Assembly (NCBI GenBank): GCA_013239625.1
Contig: MU057069.1
Location: forward strand, 1,546,018-1,610,017
Length of the DNA stretch: 64,000 bases
Source: Lama guanicoe
Lineage: Eukaryota
Direction of reading: 5' to 3'
The position numbers and the translations under genes are program-made. A model generated the notes under the pieces. That model made no database searches and was not told the origin of the DNA. It saw only the letters and a list, made by a program, of their open reading frames with translations. Shown here piece after piece: positions 13,640 to 26,815 of the stretch (position 1 is its first letter; each line of letters begins with the position of its first letter).

Positions 13640-13882
13640 TTTTTTTTTAAACATTTTTTTTATTGAGTTATAGTCAGTTTACAATGTTGGGTCAAATTCC
13701 AGTGTCGGGCACAATTTTTCAGTTACACATGAACATACAGACGTTCGTTGCCACGTTCTTTTTCGCTGTGAGCTACCACCAGATCTCGTATGTATTTCCC
13801 TGTGCTACACAGTATAATCTTGTTTGTCTATTCTGCATACGCCTGTCAGTACCTACAAATTTTGAACTCCCAGTCTGTCCCC
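13640..13882 (-). mobile_element. 5'-truncated young L1 3' end with 10-bp TSD
   Basis: polyT, ttttattgagttatagtcagtttacaatgttg...; flanked by GAGACATTCT at 13630-39 and 13883-92. Confidence 0.8.
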
Positions 13883-16800
13883 GAGACATTCTGACTTTCT
13901 ATCATTACCCCACTGGGGTAAAGCCCTCAGCGGTGGCTGTCCAGCCAGGTGACAGGCCACTGCTGGTGTTTTCTGGGCGCCTGGCCCTCGCTGCCCACAG
14001 GGGACAGGCCTCTGAGCCACCAGGGTCGCCGTGCAGTGGGAGGAGCCATGCAGAGGCACGTGCAGGGGCCGCACCACGGGGCGGGGTGGGGCGGGGTGGT
14101 CAGGGTTCCCTGAGGACGTGGCACTTCTCTTGGCCCCTGTAGGGTGACCAGCTGGGTGGGAGGGCAGAGGGCAGGAGGGCAGGCAGAGAGCAGTGTGGTA
14201 GAGGCCCTCCACCCCCAGAGGGCGGCTGGCACTCAGGACACGTTCATTGTCTCTGGCTCTGTGACGGACGGCCCCAAACTCAGCACTTCCACAGCAAACG
14301 TGTATCGTCTCTTAGCGTCCAGGGAGCAGGTGTCCAGGAACAGCTCTGCTGGGTGGTTCTCCTGAGGTTGCGTCAGGGCGTCGTTCGGGCTGCCTCATCT
14401 GAAGGCCCGGCCACAGCCAGAGGAGCCACACCCAGGGCACCCCCCACGTGGCTGTTGGCAGGAGGCCTGAGTGTCTCACCATGTGGCCTCTTGAGTGTCC
14501 TCGTAACATGGCAGCAGGTGCCCAGAGTGAGGGGGACACTGCGGCGCCTTTTAGGGCCGCATTGTGGAGCCACGTGTCACGGTTTCTGTCGTGTTCCGTT
14601 GGTCAGAGGGAGTTCCAGCCTCAGGAGCAGGGGATTCAGCTGCAGACCTTCCCGAGGAGAGCGGAGGGTGTGGAGGAACGTGGAGCCAGGCCCTGGTGTG
14701 CTGAGAGGTGCAGGGGTCGCAGGCAGGAGAGGAGGCTGCGCTGTGTCCGGCAGGCGGTGGGGCGCGGTGACCGTCTCTTAGCCCCTGCCGACAAGGGCTG
14801 TGCTGTGGAGAGGAGAGACCAGGGCCTGCGGGAGCTGAGGGGAGGGGCGACCCCGGGCTGAGGCACAGGGCTGGGGAGCCGGGCAGCTGCGGGCTCTGGC
14901 TGTTCTTTCTCCTGCGCCCTTTGCCTGAAAGGCTACCCCAGCTCCTTGGCCTCCCCACAGCCTGGGTGGGCAAATGCCTGCAGTCTCTGGGCACATCTGC
15001 ACAAACCTGCGCGGTCTGGAGCCGTAGAGCCGTGGTCAGGAAGTCACTGTTACTCGTAATGAAGGATGAGCGCAGTTCGCCAGCCGCGTGAGGAAGGGGT
15101 GGTGGGGACCGGGCGGCCGGGCCCGCGGAGATCCTGGGGAGGGCAGTGCCTGGAGACCCCGACTCTGGGGACGGAAGTCTGGTCCCAGAGCATCAGCAGG
15201 ACATGCCAGAGCCTCTTTTTATCCAAAGAGCAGAACCCCTAGTTTAAGTCAGCAATTACTTATTGATCTGAAATTTGATGATTTGGAACTTGAGGAACAG
15301 GGAAGTGAGCAGTGCACATTTGCATGAGGTTTTAGTGTGGGCTTTGGTGTGCAGGCTGAGGGTGAAAGCATGACTCTCTCCCCTTGGACCTTCCTCTGGG
15401 TCTCCCAACCCCCAACTCCGGGGCTCAGGCAGGAAGAGGGAGGGACTGGGCAGTGGGGTGGACGCTCCACGGCTGACTGCTCGCTCCCGGACGGACCCTC
15501 TGCTTTCCAACGGGCAGCTTGCCAGCACCCGTCTGCCGCTCCCTGGCTTCAGGTCGGGGACCAGGGACGACCGGGCCAGCAGAGGCCCGGCCATGGAGTA
15601 CAGCCTTGACTCTCAGCCGGGCCAGCAGTCTAGGGGGCTCCCATGTTGTCACTGTCACCTCAGCCCGTGTGCCGTCCTCCTCTGCTCCTGAAGCTGGACG
15701 GTTAGGACGCTGAGTAACCATGAGAACGTGTTCAGCCTGACGGGACAAACACGGACGAACTGCCTCCTCTCTGCCAGGCGAGACCCAGCCGTGGGCACCG
15801 TCCCAGGAAGGAGCCAGAGGCTCGTGGCGGCGTCTCTGCGTCCCCCGCATCATAGCCTTCAGCAGGGAGAGCATACTCCGCTGGCAGCCCCGCGCCGGCA
15901 GGCACAGGGGTCTCGAGCGGGAACAGGAGGGGAGGGAGGCCGTTAACCACCGCTGCCTGGTCGGTTAAATGCCAGATGCCAACTCCGGCTGCCTGGGCCA
16001 AGGGGGCGTCTGTCCTGACGAGGCAGGCTCCCCAGGGCCCCCTTGAGCTCTTTGTCGCCCCATAGCAATAAGGGGAGGGGGAAACAGAAGAAAGGAAAGC
16101 AGGAAGCTTCTGTCACGCTTTTTCTCCCCAGCCTCCCACAGCGGGCTGGGAAACTGGTCTTAGACTCCAAAGTTTAGACCCTAAATGAAATGCTGGCACA
16201 TTTTGGAGCTGTGGTCACGGGACTCAGCTGGATGTCGGGTTGGGGGGTGCAGCTGGTGGAGGGTGGGGCTCTGGGCGCTCCCCTGGGGCCCATCCAGGAA
16301 GAGGGGTCGGCCAGGAGGGCTGTCCTGCCGCGGCGTTCAGCCCCGGGCAGGCAGGTTGGACAGGTGGACCAGGGAAGCCGGCCTACGGCAGGGTCTGTGG
16401 TGAGATGCTGAAGCGGGAGGAGCAGGTGAACAAGGCTTTTTGGAAACTGACCTCGTCACATCAGGCGGTCCGCTGCTTAGAGGCAGGGTGTCTGTGCCCA
16501 GGGAGGCGGGAGGCAGCCACACCCGTGACAGCGGCAGAATTGCAGGAGCGGCGCTGCCCTCTCCTCTGGGCGTGTGGCCGGGGCCCTTGGGATGCGCTCT
16601 TTTTTTGATACGTCCTGTAACTTCCGAAGAACAGAATTTTTAAAAGATGTTAGCAGTTTCATGGATCGACAAGTGGCCGTCTGTGGGTGTTTGTTCTCTC
16701 CTCTCCATTGGTGTTTTATTTAGGGACCTAGTGGGCATGCTTTCTGGTGGGCTTTTCCTTGCGGGCATGGAGGCAGGCGCTGTGGGCAGTCACCTCACCC

Positions 16801-17123
16801 GTCGGACAGGCGGGCGTCTCCGCTTCGGCTCCCTCATCTGCTCTGTCTGCCTGGGGCTCCGCCTGCTGGGCTGAGCGGAGGGTGGAGGCCGCCTGCTCCT
16901 GCCCTCACACGTCCTGCTGGCACAGCCTCGCAGGCCCTCCAACCCGATGTCGCCAGGCGTTGATCTCCTGGGATCAGGATGCTCTGCTTTGCAGGCTGAG
17001 CCTGGGTGCCAAGGTGCTGCTTCCCGGCTCCTCTCAGGGAAGCGCCACGTGCAGGATGGCGTGGAGGCTTGTCGGGGCACTGCGCCCCCCGGGCGCTCCC
17101 TCACCAGCCCCCTTTCCCCCCAG

Positions 17124-17258
17124 GCATGGGCCGATGCCTTTCGGAGCAGCCCCGACCTCACGGGCGTCGTACACACGTACGAGGAGCTGAAGCGGAAGGG
17201 GGTGGAGTTCCCCACCGCGGACCTGGACGCACTGTCTCCCATACACACCCCGCAGCGG
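17124..17258 (+). CDS. TOM1L2: TOM1L2 exon 5: [30 protein letters not shown]...HTPQR
   Basis: cccag|GCA ... CGG|gtgagc; 135 nt. Confidence 0.97.
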
Positions 17259-18283
17259 GTGAGCCTCCCCAGCGCCTGTCATGGGCCTCCTGTGGCCGCC
17301 CCATTTGAACTGTTCGGCTTCTCACCAGCTTTCTTGAAGCTCCAGGGTGTTTCTTTTTAATAGTGGAGCGGGGGTGGGGGTGTGCAGTGCAGGAGCGAGA
17401 CAGCTGGCAGGCGGTTACGTGGTGGGAGTGCCCCCCCCACCGTTGCTCCCTGAGTCTGGAAGAAGATAAAGATGAGTCGGTGCAGTTACTCTCAGGGAAA
17501 TGTCTGCTTGGCGGAGCCATCCTGGGAGGGCCTCCGCGCTGCCCTTCAGAGCCGGGTATGGTGTGCGGGCGCCCTCACAGCATCCCTGGCCACAGGGCAG
17601 GGGGCACCTTCCAGGCGTTTCACCGTGCAGCTCAAATGGACGGAAACTTCCATTTGAGCTGAGAGGGTCAGCACCAATCCAGACACCCTTGAATCCCGTC
17701 AGCCTCGGGATTCAAAACCTGGGGAGAGCCCGCTCAGGCCTCCCACAGCCTCGCTCACATCACCGCAGCCCTGCTTCAAAGTGAAAGGTGCACAGGCAGG
17801 GCTGTCCATCCTCTCACGGGGAGGCCGGAAGCTCGGGATCTGGGAAGCATCCGCCCCGCATGCCCGCCACGGGCTGGCCGTTTGCCATCTCTGAAGTGGG
17901 GAGGGTGGGAAGGACAGAGCCATGCAGGGAATTGCACTTCCCAAGTCTTGTTTCGGGGTGAGCCCTCCAGAGCACCAGCTGACACAGGACAGCGCTCTAT
18001 GTACAAACAGCGTTCGGTAAGTTGTGTAATTACTGTTTGTACTAGTCTCCTCGTAAAGGCCAAAAAGTCATCTTTTGTCACCAAGTAAGGATTCCTGACT
18101 AGCAAAACTTCATAGCAGCCCCTCCACTCAGATTCTGAGGTGGTCCTAGCGGTGGGACTGTGACCAGGGCTCTGCAGATGGCCAGGTGGGACGTGCAGCC
18201 CCGGGAGGGGAGTGCCGGGTAGGTGTCAGGCCAGCGGTGGGTGGGAGGCCTGGTGAACAGAAGGCTTTGCTGTTGCCGCACAG

Positions 18284-18418
18284 AGCGTCCCGGAGGTGGA
18301 CCCAGCTGCCACCATGCCCAGGTCCCAGTCGCAGCCGAAGACGAGTGCCGGCTCCTACTCTGCTCCTCAGGCCCCGGCTCTGAGTGTGACTGGCCCCATC
18401 ACAGCCAATTCAGAGCAG
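18284..18418 (+). CDS. TOM1L2: TOM1L2 exon 6 (linker): SVPEVDPAATMPRSQ...PITANSEQ
   Basis: cacag|AGC ... CAG|gtacgt; 135 nt. Confidence 0.95.
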
Positions 18419-19871
18419 GTACGTACACACTTCTGGGTCACAGGTGAGCAGGCCGACTATGCGCCTTCTACTCCGAGGACACAGGGCACTGTGCTAGGTG
18501 TCGGTGACATGGGTGTCAGGGCCTGGACTCTCTCCTGGTGGCTCGCCGTCGAGTGACAGCGTGGTCACTCCGAGGTGGGAGCAGGGCCCGAGTGCTGCAT
18601 GAGCCCAGAGTGGAGGCAGCCTTGGGGGCGGCACTGCTGAGGTGCCTTGCAGGGGGCGGGGCATGGCCCGGGGCATGGAGGGGCGGGGCGTGTGCTCTGG
18701 GAGCGGCAGGGGGATGGCTTGGAGGCTGGGGCAAGGGCAGGTCCGGAGGTAGGTCCGGGGCGGGGCAGGTGGAGGGTGAGCCCCAGAGCCCAGAGATGGA
18801 GCTGAGTTGTGAGCGCCCCGGGTGTCCCGCAGAGACGTTTCCATCTTCCTGTGCGAGGTCAGCCCGGGCTGTGGAGGCAGAGGCCGGCATGGAGCCTTCA
18901 GGAAGGGTACTCCTGCTTCACCCCAGACGCTGCCCACCTCCCTAAGCTGTGTCCTCGGGGGGCTGGTCCCGCCCCAGCCCCAGCCCTGAGCTGTGTCCTC
19001 GGGGGCAGGGCTGCCTCAGCCTCAAACTGGATTTTTTTTAGATGAGTCTGAACAATTGTCTTTAGATGAATCTAGAGAATTTCCATTAGTAAAAACTTGA
19101 GAATTGGTCAGACTTGGAAAAAAAAACCCCAACGTTTATATTTTTTTAATTCTTATTTAACATTTGTGACAAGTAATTCTTACGGAACCGCATTTGAACA
19201 GAGAGGCCTGGGGGCAGCTGAGGGGCAGACCACTCTGCCACGGGGGTCAGTGGGTCAGTCCTGGTGCCACCATTAAGAAAATGAAAAAAATAAAACACAG
19301 AGGGGTCAAGCGATCGCGCTGGTTAACGGAGCACGTGCATGTTTCCCTGCTGCCAGCTTCAAGGAGGGCCATGGTTGGGCAGGAGGTGGGCTGGGGAGTC
19401 AGGCCTGAGCTAGACACCAGCTCTGCTCCTCCCAGGGGACATAGACACCGAGCCTCAGTCTCCTGAGAGCAGGTCGGGACATGGATCCCTTGGTAGGGAG
19501 CCGGTGGGGTGTCTGCTGCCAGAAGTGCATGGTTCATGCTGGCCAGCCATCAGAGATCCTAGATTCCCGGCTGGAGTCTGCAACCACAAGGTTCCTGGAC
19601 GAGGGTCCTGCCCCACAGGGACCTTGGGGGCCACACTGTCCACCATGTGAACGCACAGAGACAGGGCCTGAGAGGTCCACTTCCTGCTGCAGGCCCCACA
19701 GTGGGAGAGCCGCTCTCCCCCACGTCCCCGGCAGCAGCCGCAGTGGTAGCCTGGCCCCCCAGTCAGGTCTTTGCCAGCTGCCCTCACCCTCACGGGCAGG
19801 CGGAGTGAGGCCGTGTCCTGCCAGGCGCAGGCTCACTGGCCTCCCCCGGCCTTCCTCCCCGGCCCCAACAG

Positions 19872-19988
19872 ATCGCCAGGCTGCGCAGCGAACTAGATGT
19901 TGTTCGAGGAAACACAAAAGTCATGTCTGAGATGTTGACAGAAATGGTCCCTGGGCAGGAGGACTCGTCCGATCTGGAGCTGCTGCAG
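19872..19988 (+). CDS. TOM1L2: TOM1L2 exon 7 (GAT): [39 protein letters not shown]
   Basis: aacag|ATC ... CAG|gtgagg; 117 nt. Confidence 0.97.
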
Positions 19989-20177
19989 GTGAGGGGCCTC
20001 GTCTTGTGGAAGCTCCGGGCCAGGGGCACGCAGGGAGGTGGGAGGTGGGGTGGGGTTGGGGCACTGTCCTCGAGAGGGGTTGAGCCCGTGTGGCCCACGC
20101 TTGGCCCCACAGCCCTGGGGGCCCTCAGAGTCCAGTCCCAGGCTCTCTTTTCTTTATTGTCCTTAAACACAGTTTTT

Positions 20178-20270
20178 GGGGGTGTGGGAGTAGCTCAGTG
20201 GCAGAGAATATGCTTAGCACGTGTGAGGTCTGGGCTCAATCCCCAGTACCTCTGTTCTAAACAAAACAAA
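20178..20270 (+). mobile_element. tRNA-derived SINE (camelid Vic-1-like)
   Basis: TAGCTCAGTGG A box, gctcaatccccagtacctc B-box-like region, A-rich tail. Confidence 0.75.
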
Positions 20271-23200
20271 ACTCTTTGTGCTGATTAGAAAGTGCCAGTT
20301 GCAGAATACATGCCTTTTGAAAGAAAAAGAAAGTCAAAGAAGAAAATAATAATCTTCTTTAGTCCCAGGGTCCACAGATAAGCACATCTTTTCTTTCCGA
20401 CGCTTTCCCATGTTTATTTTAAATGTGGGTGAGATGATATCCCGTGCTCGATTCTGCACATCTCTGTTCACCCAACATTACATCACAAATGCGTGAGGGA
20501 CCTTCAGTCTTCCCTGCGCGTGGGGTGAAGCAGGGGACCCTTTCCTTTTCCTGGCGCTGCGGGTTCCCAGGCTGATTGCCCACATCGTGGTTCCTGAGGC
20601 TCCGTAGCTAACAGGATGCCCTGTAGACCCAGGAACCTGGCACAAAAGGGCCCAGGAGCAAGGCTGGCCTGCGGGGACCCTGCCCCAGGCCCCACTTCCG
20701 GGTCCGCCAGACCCAGAGCTATCCCCACCCTGGCTCAGACACTCCGGCGTCTGTGGGAAGTGGCAGTGGCACTGCCCTCAGAAGCAGTGACCTTCTGGAG
20801 GGGGAGAGGGTTCTGGGAGGCCTGGGGCTGTCTCTCCAGCAGGAGGTGGGGCAGGTGGGCGTGGCAGGGCTGCCGGGCTCTGTCCCCTGAGGGCCACACT
20901 GCACTCTGCTTCAGGCTTGCCCCGCCCCCCCCCCAGGGCTGGGCAGGTCCCTGCTGCTTGTCTGCACCTCAGGGGATGAGGGTGGGCGGAGGCCTGCTCT
21001 GGGCCCCCCTCCCCCGCTCCCCCCACACAGAGAGAGCCCAGGGATGTATGGGCCGTGGTCCCTGGTCCAGAGATGTTCACAGCAGGCAACCCATCTCCCA
21101 CCACGAGGAGGGCCTCCCAGCCACAGCCGGGCTAGGACAAGTCCCATGTGCAGGTGCCACACTCTGGGGCACCGGCAAGACATCATCCATCGCTACCGCA
21201 TCAGCCTCCATCCCTGGCTTTCAGGGGCTCTTCCAGGCATCCCTCGAGGCACAGGAATCTGAGATGAGTCCCCAGACAGTCCAGAAACCCAGCGGGCCTC
21301 TGGAGGCAGCTCTGTGCTGTGTCAGCATCAGAGCTCCTGCTGACAGGGGTTTGCAGTGGACGGAGCTGAGCTCCTGGCCGCAGGAGGAGCAGAACAAAGC
21401 CAGTGTGCGGCAGACGGCCCAAGCCACCCAGACAGCAGGCACCCCTGTGTGCGTGTGCATGCACGTGTGTGTGCGTGTGTGTGTACACAAGCCCGTCAGC
21501 CAAGACAAACGGAACCTGATCCCTGGGCCTCAGCTCACAGTTTTCAAAAATAGGTTGCTTCCCATGACATTTCCCTTCCCTCTGTTTTATTCCGATTCCA
21601 AGCCGACCCACCTTCATGCTGTCGTATAAGTCAGAGGGAGGGCAGTGCTGGGCGCCAGTGGGAGGCTGTCCTTCCGACCTAGGAGGCTCAGGGGCGGGCA
21701 GCTCGATGTGAACAGACACGGCTCTTCAGGCCGCTGGCCTCGCTCCTCCATCATTCTCGACATTGGCCTCCTTCCCTCCACAGTCGGCAGCTGGCCAGGC
21801 GGGGTTTCCCAGGGGTCACTCGGGGCAGCACTGAACAGCAAGCTTCCGCTTGGGAAAAATGCCACGATCTGCTTGGAAAGGGACGGGGTCCGACTGTGCC
21901 CTGAGGACCCCTCTGTCGAGCTGGAGAGCGGCCAGATCGCTTTGGGTAGAAGCTGGCCAGGCTCGCAGTGCTGGCCGGGGCTATGGAAGCAAATGCATTT
22001 GTCACGATCCCAAGTGGTCACACCGTCGGAAGCGGCTCCCAACTTGAGTGTAAATTGCTGGGCAAGAGGCAGAGGAAGTGTGGAGGGGAGACTGGAGGTG
22101 TCGGCAAGGATGCCCGCCGCCGCGGCTTCCTGCCACTGCACGGTGCTTCCAGGGGTGGCCCGTTCTGCAGTCTGCAGAGCGGCAGGAACACTGGGCAGGG
22201 TGGGCGAGGGGCACTGAGTCCCCCGGGACAGTGTGGTGGGACGTCCCTGGGAAGGTGGCGGCTTCCCTCTGAGCTGGGGGGACCCGCCCGGCAGCTGGTC
22301 CAGCTCCTCCTTGTGCTGCCTCCCCCACCGCCTGCCTGTCGTTCCCTGGAGGCCTGTCTGTCTCCACACGGAACAGACTTTGGGAAGCAGCACAAGCAGC
22401 AGGAAGAGCCACAGCTTGGGCGACCCTGGGGTCATGTCCTGACGTTAGGCAGGTCACCTCACCTCAGAGCCTGGGGTGATCTCTCACCGCGGAAGGACTG
22501 GGCATCGTCTGGTGAATGAGCTATAGTGTGGGTGCAGCCGTCGGAGCCACTGTGACCACAGGCTGCTCCCCTTCCACGCACGGAGCTGAAGGCTGCCTCC
22601 TGGGACTCTGCCCTGGTCTGTCTGCTTGACCTGCAGCAGAAAACAAATTACTCTGTCATGTGGTGGGTCCTTAATACTTGCCAGTGGCCGCCAGCCCCTC
22701 CCACGGCCCAGTCTCTACACGGTGCTAGCTTGGCTGTTGGCATCGTCCCCACAGGTCAGCCAGGGGGTTCTCAGCAGGAGGCAGCGCTGGGAAACCGAGA
22801 ACTTCCATCCACTGAAGACCGTCCACCTCCCTCGCCAGCTGTTCAGCCTCGTCTTCCTCGTCGTGGGTGTGGGCACACTGGGTCCTGCCTGAAATTTGAG
22901 ACTGCCTCCCTGGGGGCTGGAGTTCTCGCCCTTAGCTGCGCCTGGGAGTCCAGCTTTCGGGATCTGTAAAGATTGCAGTGCCATTGTCTGTGCCCTCGGC
23001 TGCTCCCAGATTCCTCTCCAGCTGTGTCTTTACTTACTACCTGAGCCGGCTGTGCCTGACACGGGCATCCATTCCTGGCCACCCCTCATGCCCTGTAAGA
23101 AGCCCTGGCCCACGTTGTCTCTCGGGTGGCAGGTGCCTCTTACGTCTCACTTCAACAAAAACCAGGATGATGGCACCATTTCCTCTAGAGAAATCTCATT

Positions 23201-24815
23201 TATTCTGCATGTTTAGCCCGTTCGTCCCCTTTCTCTTCAGCAAAGACGTTCTCTCGCTCCCTCCCCTTTGCAGCTGTAGAAGACAGGTCCTCGGGACCTC
23301 ACTCCGCCCCTTAGAACTTGGAGAGGGTTCAGAGGAGACCTGTAAGGAAGATGAGAAGACGGTTTTGCAAGGTGGGGATGAGAACGTCCCTTGGAGAAAA
23401 GATAAAAGCGCTGGGATTAATTAGACTAGAAAAGAGGCTATTCTGTAAGATGCTCTGAGGAATGGAGGGCTTGTGCACAGAGTGGTGACCAGCTGGTCTC
23501 CCCTTCGTTGAGAACCAGACGCAGGGAGGCCAGGCTGAGACCTTCTGTGTCTGGGAAGTTCCTGCCCCAGCTGTTGCCAGGTGGAGGGGGAGCTGGGCCG
23601 GCCATGGCTCCCAGTGTCTTGGGACCAGGAGAAGGCGCCCAGCTGGGTGTGCAGAGGTGGTGTGAGGCAGGGGAGGGTCTCCCCGCTGAGCCAGCAGTGT
23701 GGTCAGCCGGTGGGTGGCGGGGGCGGCAGGAATCTTCACACTCTGGTCCTCCTCTCCTATTCCGTCTCTTTTTTTCCTTCCTGTTTAATATTTTTTAAAG
23801 ACAGTAACTTAAAAGGTTGAAGCAAGGAGAAGGTAAAACTTTCTGTAGAGACCCCTGATTCATGATGAGACCCTCCAGGCCTGTGTTTCGGCAAAGCTCC
23901 TGGGGGGGCCCCTGGTGCTGGTCCAGGCGGTCCTGCCCAGCACCCCAGCCGAAGGCCACAGGCGGGAGGCCACGTGCTGGGCCCTCGGGTGTCATCCCGC
24001 CTCCAGGCGAGGCCTGAGAAATCACCTAGTGCTTCCCAAACATTCGGGAAAGTCACGGAGCCCTTCCTCCACAAGAGAAGCTGCGGTGTTTGCACACAGT
24101 GTTCAGCACACACGGAAGCAGACCCACCCTGGCTGCTGGGGGGCCCGGGCAGAGCGTCACCTCTTCCCAGCCCTGGCCCTTCATCCCGCTCTGGGAGAGA
24201 GGCCCAAACAGCTAATGATCAGTCACAGTTGCCTGCTGCCTGCCACAGGGCCCGTGCCCACAGGGAGGCCGGGCCCAGCCCTGCCCTCTCCTGCTTCAGG
24301 TGGGAGCTTCAGGTGTGTGCAGCCTGCGGAGGGTCGACCTGGTTCTCCTCTGGATCGGGGCGCCGGGCTTCCGCTGTTTGGGGTGGGCTGGACCGGTCTT
24401 CCCTTTCTGGAGGCGGAGGCGCCCTGGGCGGTCTGGGGCGGCTGGGGAGTCGGTGTGTTCGTTGGCAACCCCAGAAAACACCTGAGATGCGCTATGGTCC
24501 GCAGAGGATGAGGCCAGCCTGTCCCAAGTGACAGGAAGGCCTGTGGGGCTTTTGTGCAGGAGGAAAAGCAGGTGCGGGTTCACGTTCTCAGGCTTTGTAG
24601 ACGGTTTGTACAGACGTGCTCTGCGCCCGCGGCGTCTGTCTCCGGAGGAAGCCCCGCCTCGGGCGGGGGAGGCGGGGAGGGGCTTCCACCTGCCTCTAGC
24701 ACACTTGTGGGCTTTGTGGACGACCCCCTTGGTGGCTTCTCGGAGTGAGCACGCGTCTTTGGAAAGCACGCGGAGGCAGGCGGAAGCGTGGGGGTAGCAG
24801 GCGCTTGTCCCCTAG

Positions 24816-24949
24816 GAGCTGCACAGGACCTGCCGCGCCATGCAGCGGCGCATCGTGGAGCTCGTCTCCCGCGTGTGCAACGAGGAGGTCACGGAGGAGC
24901 TGCTGCAGGTCAAGGACGACCTCAACAACGTCTTCCTCCGATACGAGAG
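24816..24949 (+). CDS. TOM1L2: TOM1L2 exon 8 (GAT): [20 protein letters not shown]...NNVFLRYE(R)
   Basis: cctag|GAG ... GAGAG|gtgggc; 134 nt. Confidence 0.95.
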
Positions 24950-24969
24950 GTGGGCGGGGCGGGGGCGGG

Positions 24970-25041
24970 NNNNNNNNNNNNNNNNNNNNNNNNNNNNNNN
25001 NNNNNNNNNNNNNNNNNNNNNNNNNNNNNNNNNNNNNNNNN
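24970..25041. other. Assembly gap (72 N)
   Basis: N run after a G-rich tract 20 nt into TOM1L2 intron 8. Confidence 1.
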
Positions 25042-26364
25042 CTGCAGGCCGCCCCCCGGGAGGGAGGACCGGGCACCGGCTGCAGCTCCTGCGCCTGCGC
25101 CTCTGACGGCCCTCTGCGCGGGAAAAGGACTGACGGGGAAAGTCTCCACCGAGGGAAGAAGATTTGCTCTTACCCCCTCTTTAAGAGAGCAAGATCTCTC
25201 GCTTCTCTGGATGTTCAGAGGCAGGCGGGGTGCGGGCCAGATGTCAGGGTGCTGCTGCTGCTGCGGGAACACAGTCACTCTCGCTCTCCTGCAGCCAAAT
25301 CCTTTTTGGGTTCGAGGCAGCAAACATGCATATACCTTTCCCTTCCCCATGTGGTGCCCGGGCAGTGTTCCCGGGGGCGGGTTGACAGCAGGCAGGTTCT
25401 GCCGGTCGCTCTGATGGGCGGCCGCCCCTGAAAGCGCCCCACCAGGCCACCCTTCTCCCGTGGGCCAGGCCCGGACACCCCCTCTCAGGGCTGTCGGCTG
25501 ACGGCTGCTGTCCTGGCATTCCAGATGCTCGCCTCTGGGACCTTGGAGGGTGACTTGGCGGAGGCTGCCACAACTCTGGGCTTTTCTCAGCTTCGACTGA
25601 GGCGGTTGGGGTGGGTGGCCGGTGTCGGTCTGATGGATGAAGAGACCTCGGCGTAAGGATTTAGCCGTCCCAGCCCGTGGGGGAACAGGAGCAGACACCA
25701 GCACCTGTGGTCTTGCGGGGCGGTCCAGTCCCTCTGCCCTGAATGGGCTGCCTTTCACCTGCTAGAGCCACACGGCCCTTCTGGCGCGGGCATTTTCGGC
25801 CCCAGTGTCACAGTTCAAGCAGAGCCGGGGCCAGGGGGCCTCTGTTGAGACCACTTGTCCGTCACAGAGGGCTGGGGAGGTGCTTCAGCCTTGGAAAGTC
25901 TCAGGGGGCCTCTGGGCACTTGCTCCTTTAGACACTGAGGACAAAGCACAGCCCTGCAGGCATCACCCAGGTGTCCCCCCGGGGTCCCCCTCAGCAGGCG
26001 CTGACCCCAGCGAGGGTGCAGACTGATGTTGAGCAGGGGTCTCAGCAGAACCCCAGCTGGAGAACCCCAGGGGCTGCGGTGCCTGCCTGGCCCTCAGAGG
26101 GACCTCAGCCTCCCCTCCAGGTCAGAGGAGCACACGGCCCGGGCTGCGAGGGGCGGCGGGGGGAGCTTCTGCTGGCCGCCTGGATGTGCCAGCTGACACC
26201 TGCTCCAGGGATCCCCATGGGGTGGCAGGCACAGCGAAGGAGGTGGGCCTGGTTGGTCTCCTTTCCTGGAGCTGGGTCTCTGCTGGCCACCTGCCCTCGG
26301 TCTCCAGAAGCTCCTGGGGCCAGGGCTTCCCTCCCCCCTCACTCTGCCCTCCCTTCCCCGTCAG

Positions 26365-26413
26365 GTTCGAGCGGTACAGGTCGGGCCGATCCGCACAGAA
26401 TGCCAGCAATGGG
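26365..26413 (+). CDS. TOM1L2: TOM1L2 exon 9: FERYRSGRSAQNASNG
   Basis: gtcag|G ... GGG|gtgagt; 49 nt. Confidence 0.95.
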
Positions 26414-26691
26414 GTGAGTATTCCTTCAGGACTCTCGCCTCCGGGGCCAGGACACCTGCCTTGGTTTGGCCTCACCTCCGGTTTCTCTAACTGGGGTGAA
26501 AAATATTTGGGTGATGGAAGAGCAGGCTCTGGTGATGGGGTCCCATGAGGCGCTGGTGGCACGTCCCTGGCGGGAGGGTGACGGCTCCCGGGACCTCCCT
26601 GTCCTGGTGACTGAGGCAGCCCCACCTCACTAGGGTGCGGGGGTGGCCTGTGGGCTGGGCTTGCTCACACCAGGCCCACATGCCCTGACAG

Positions 26692-26815
26692 GTGCTGAGT
26701 GAAGTGACAGAGGACAACCTCATAGACCTGGGGCCGGGGTCTCCAGCCGTGGTGAGCCCCACCGTAGGGAGCACGGCGCCCCCGTCTTCCCTCTCCTCCC
26801 AGCTGGCGGGCTTGG
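26692..26815 (+). CDS. TOM1L2: TOM1L2 exon 10: [23 protein letters not shown]...QLAGL (clathrin-box-like LIDL)
   Basis: gacag|GTG ... TTGG|gtgagt; 124 nt. Confidence 0.94.

Noticed and set aside
20178-20255. tRNA-Ala-like sequence
   Set aside because: Degenerate B box, poor acceptor stem and A-rich tail indicate a SINE, not a tRNA gene.
20616-21629. 337-aa ORF and similar long ORFs (21614-22435, 29472-30350, 43772-44584, 51521-52255)
   Set aside because: Low-complexity P/G/A/R-rich translations expected in stop-poor GC-rich introns; no recognisable domains.
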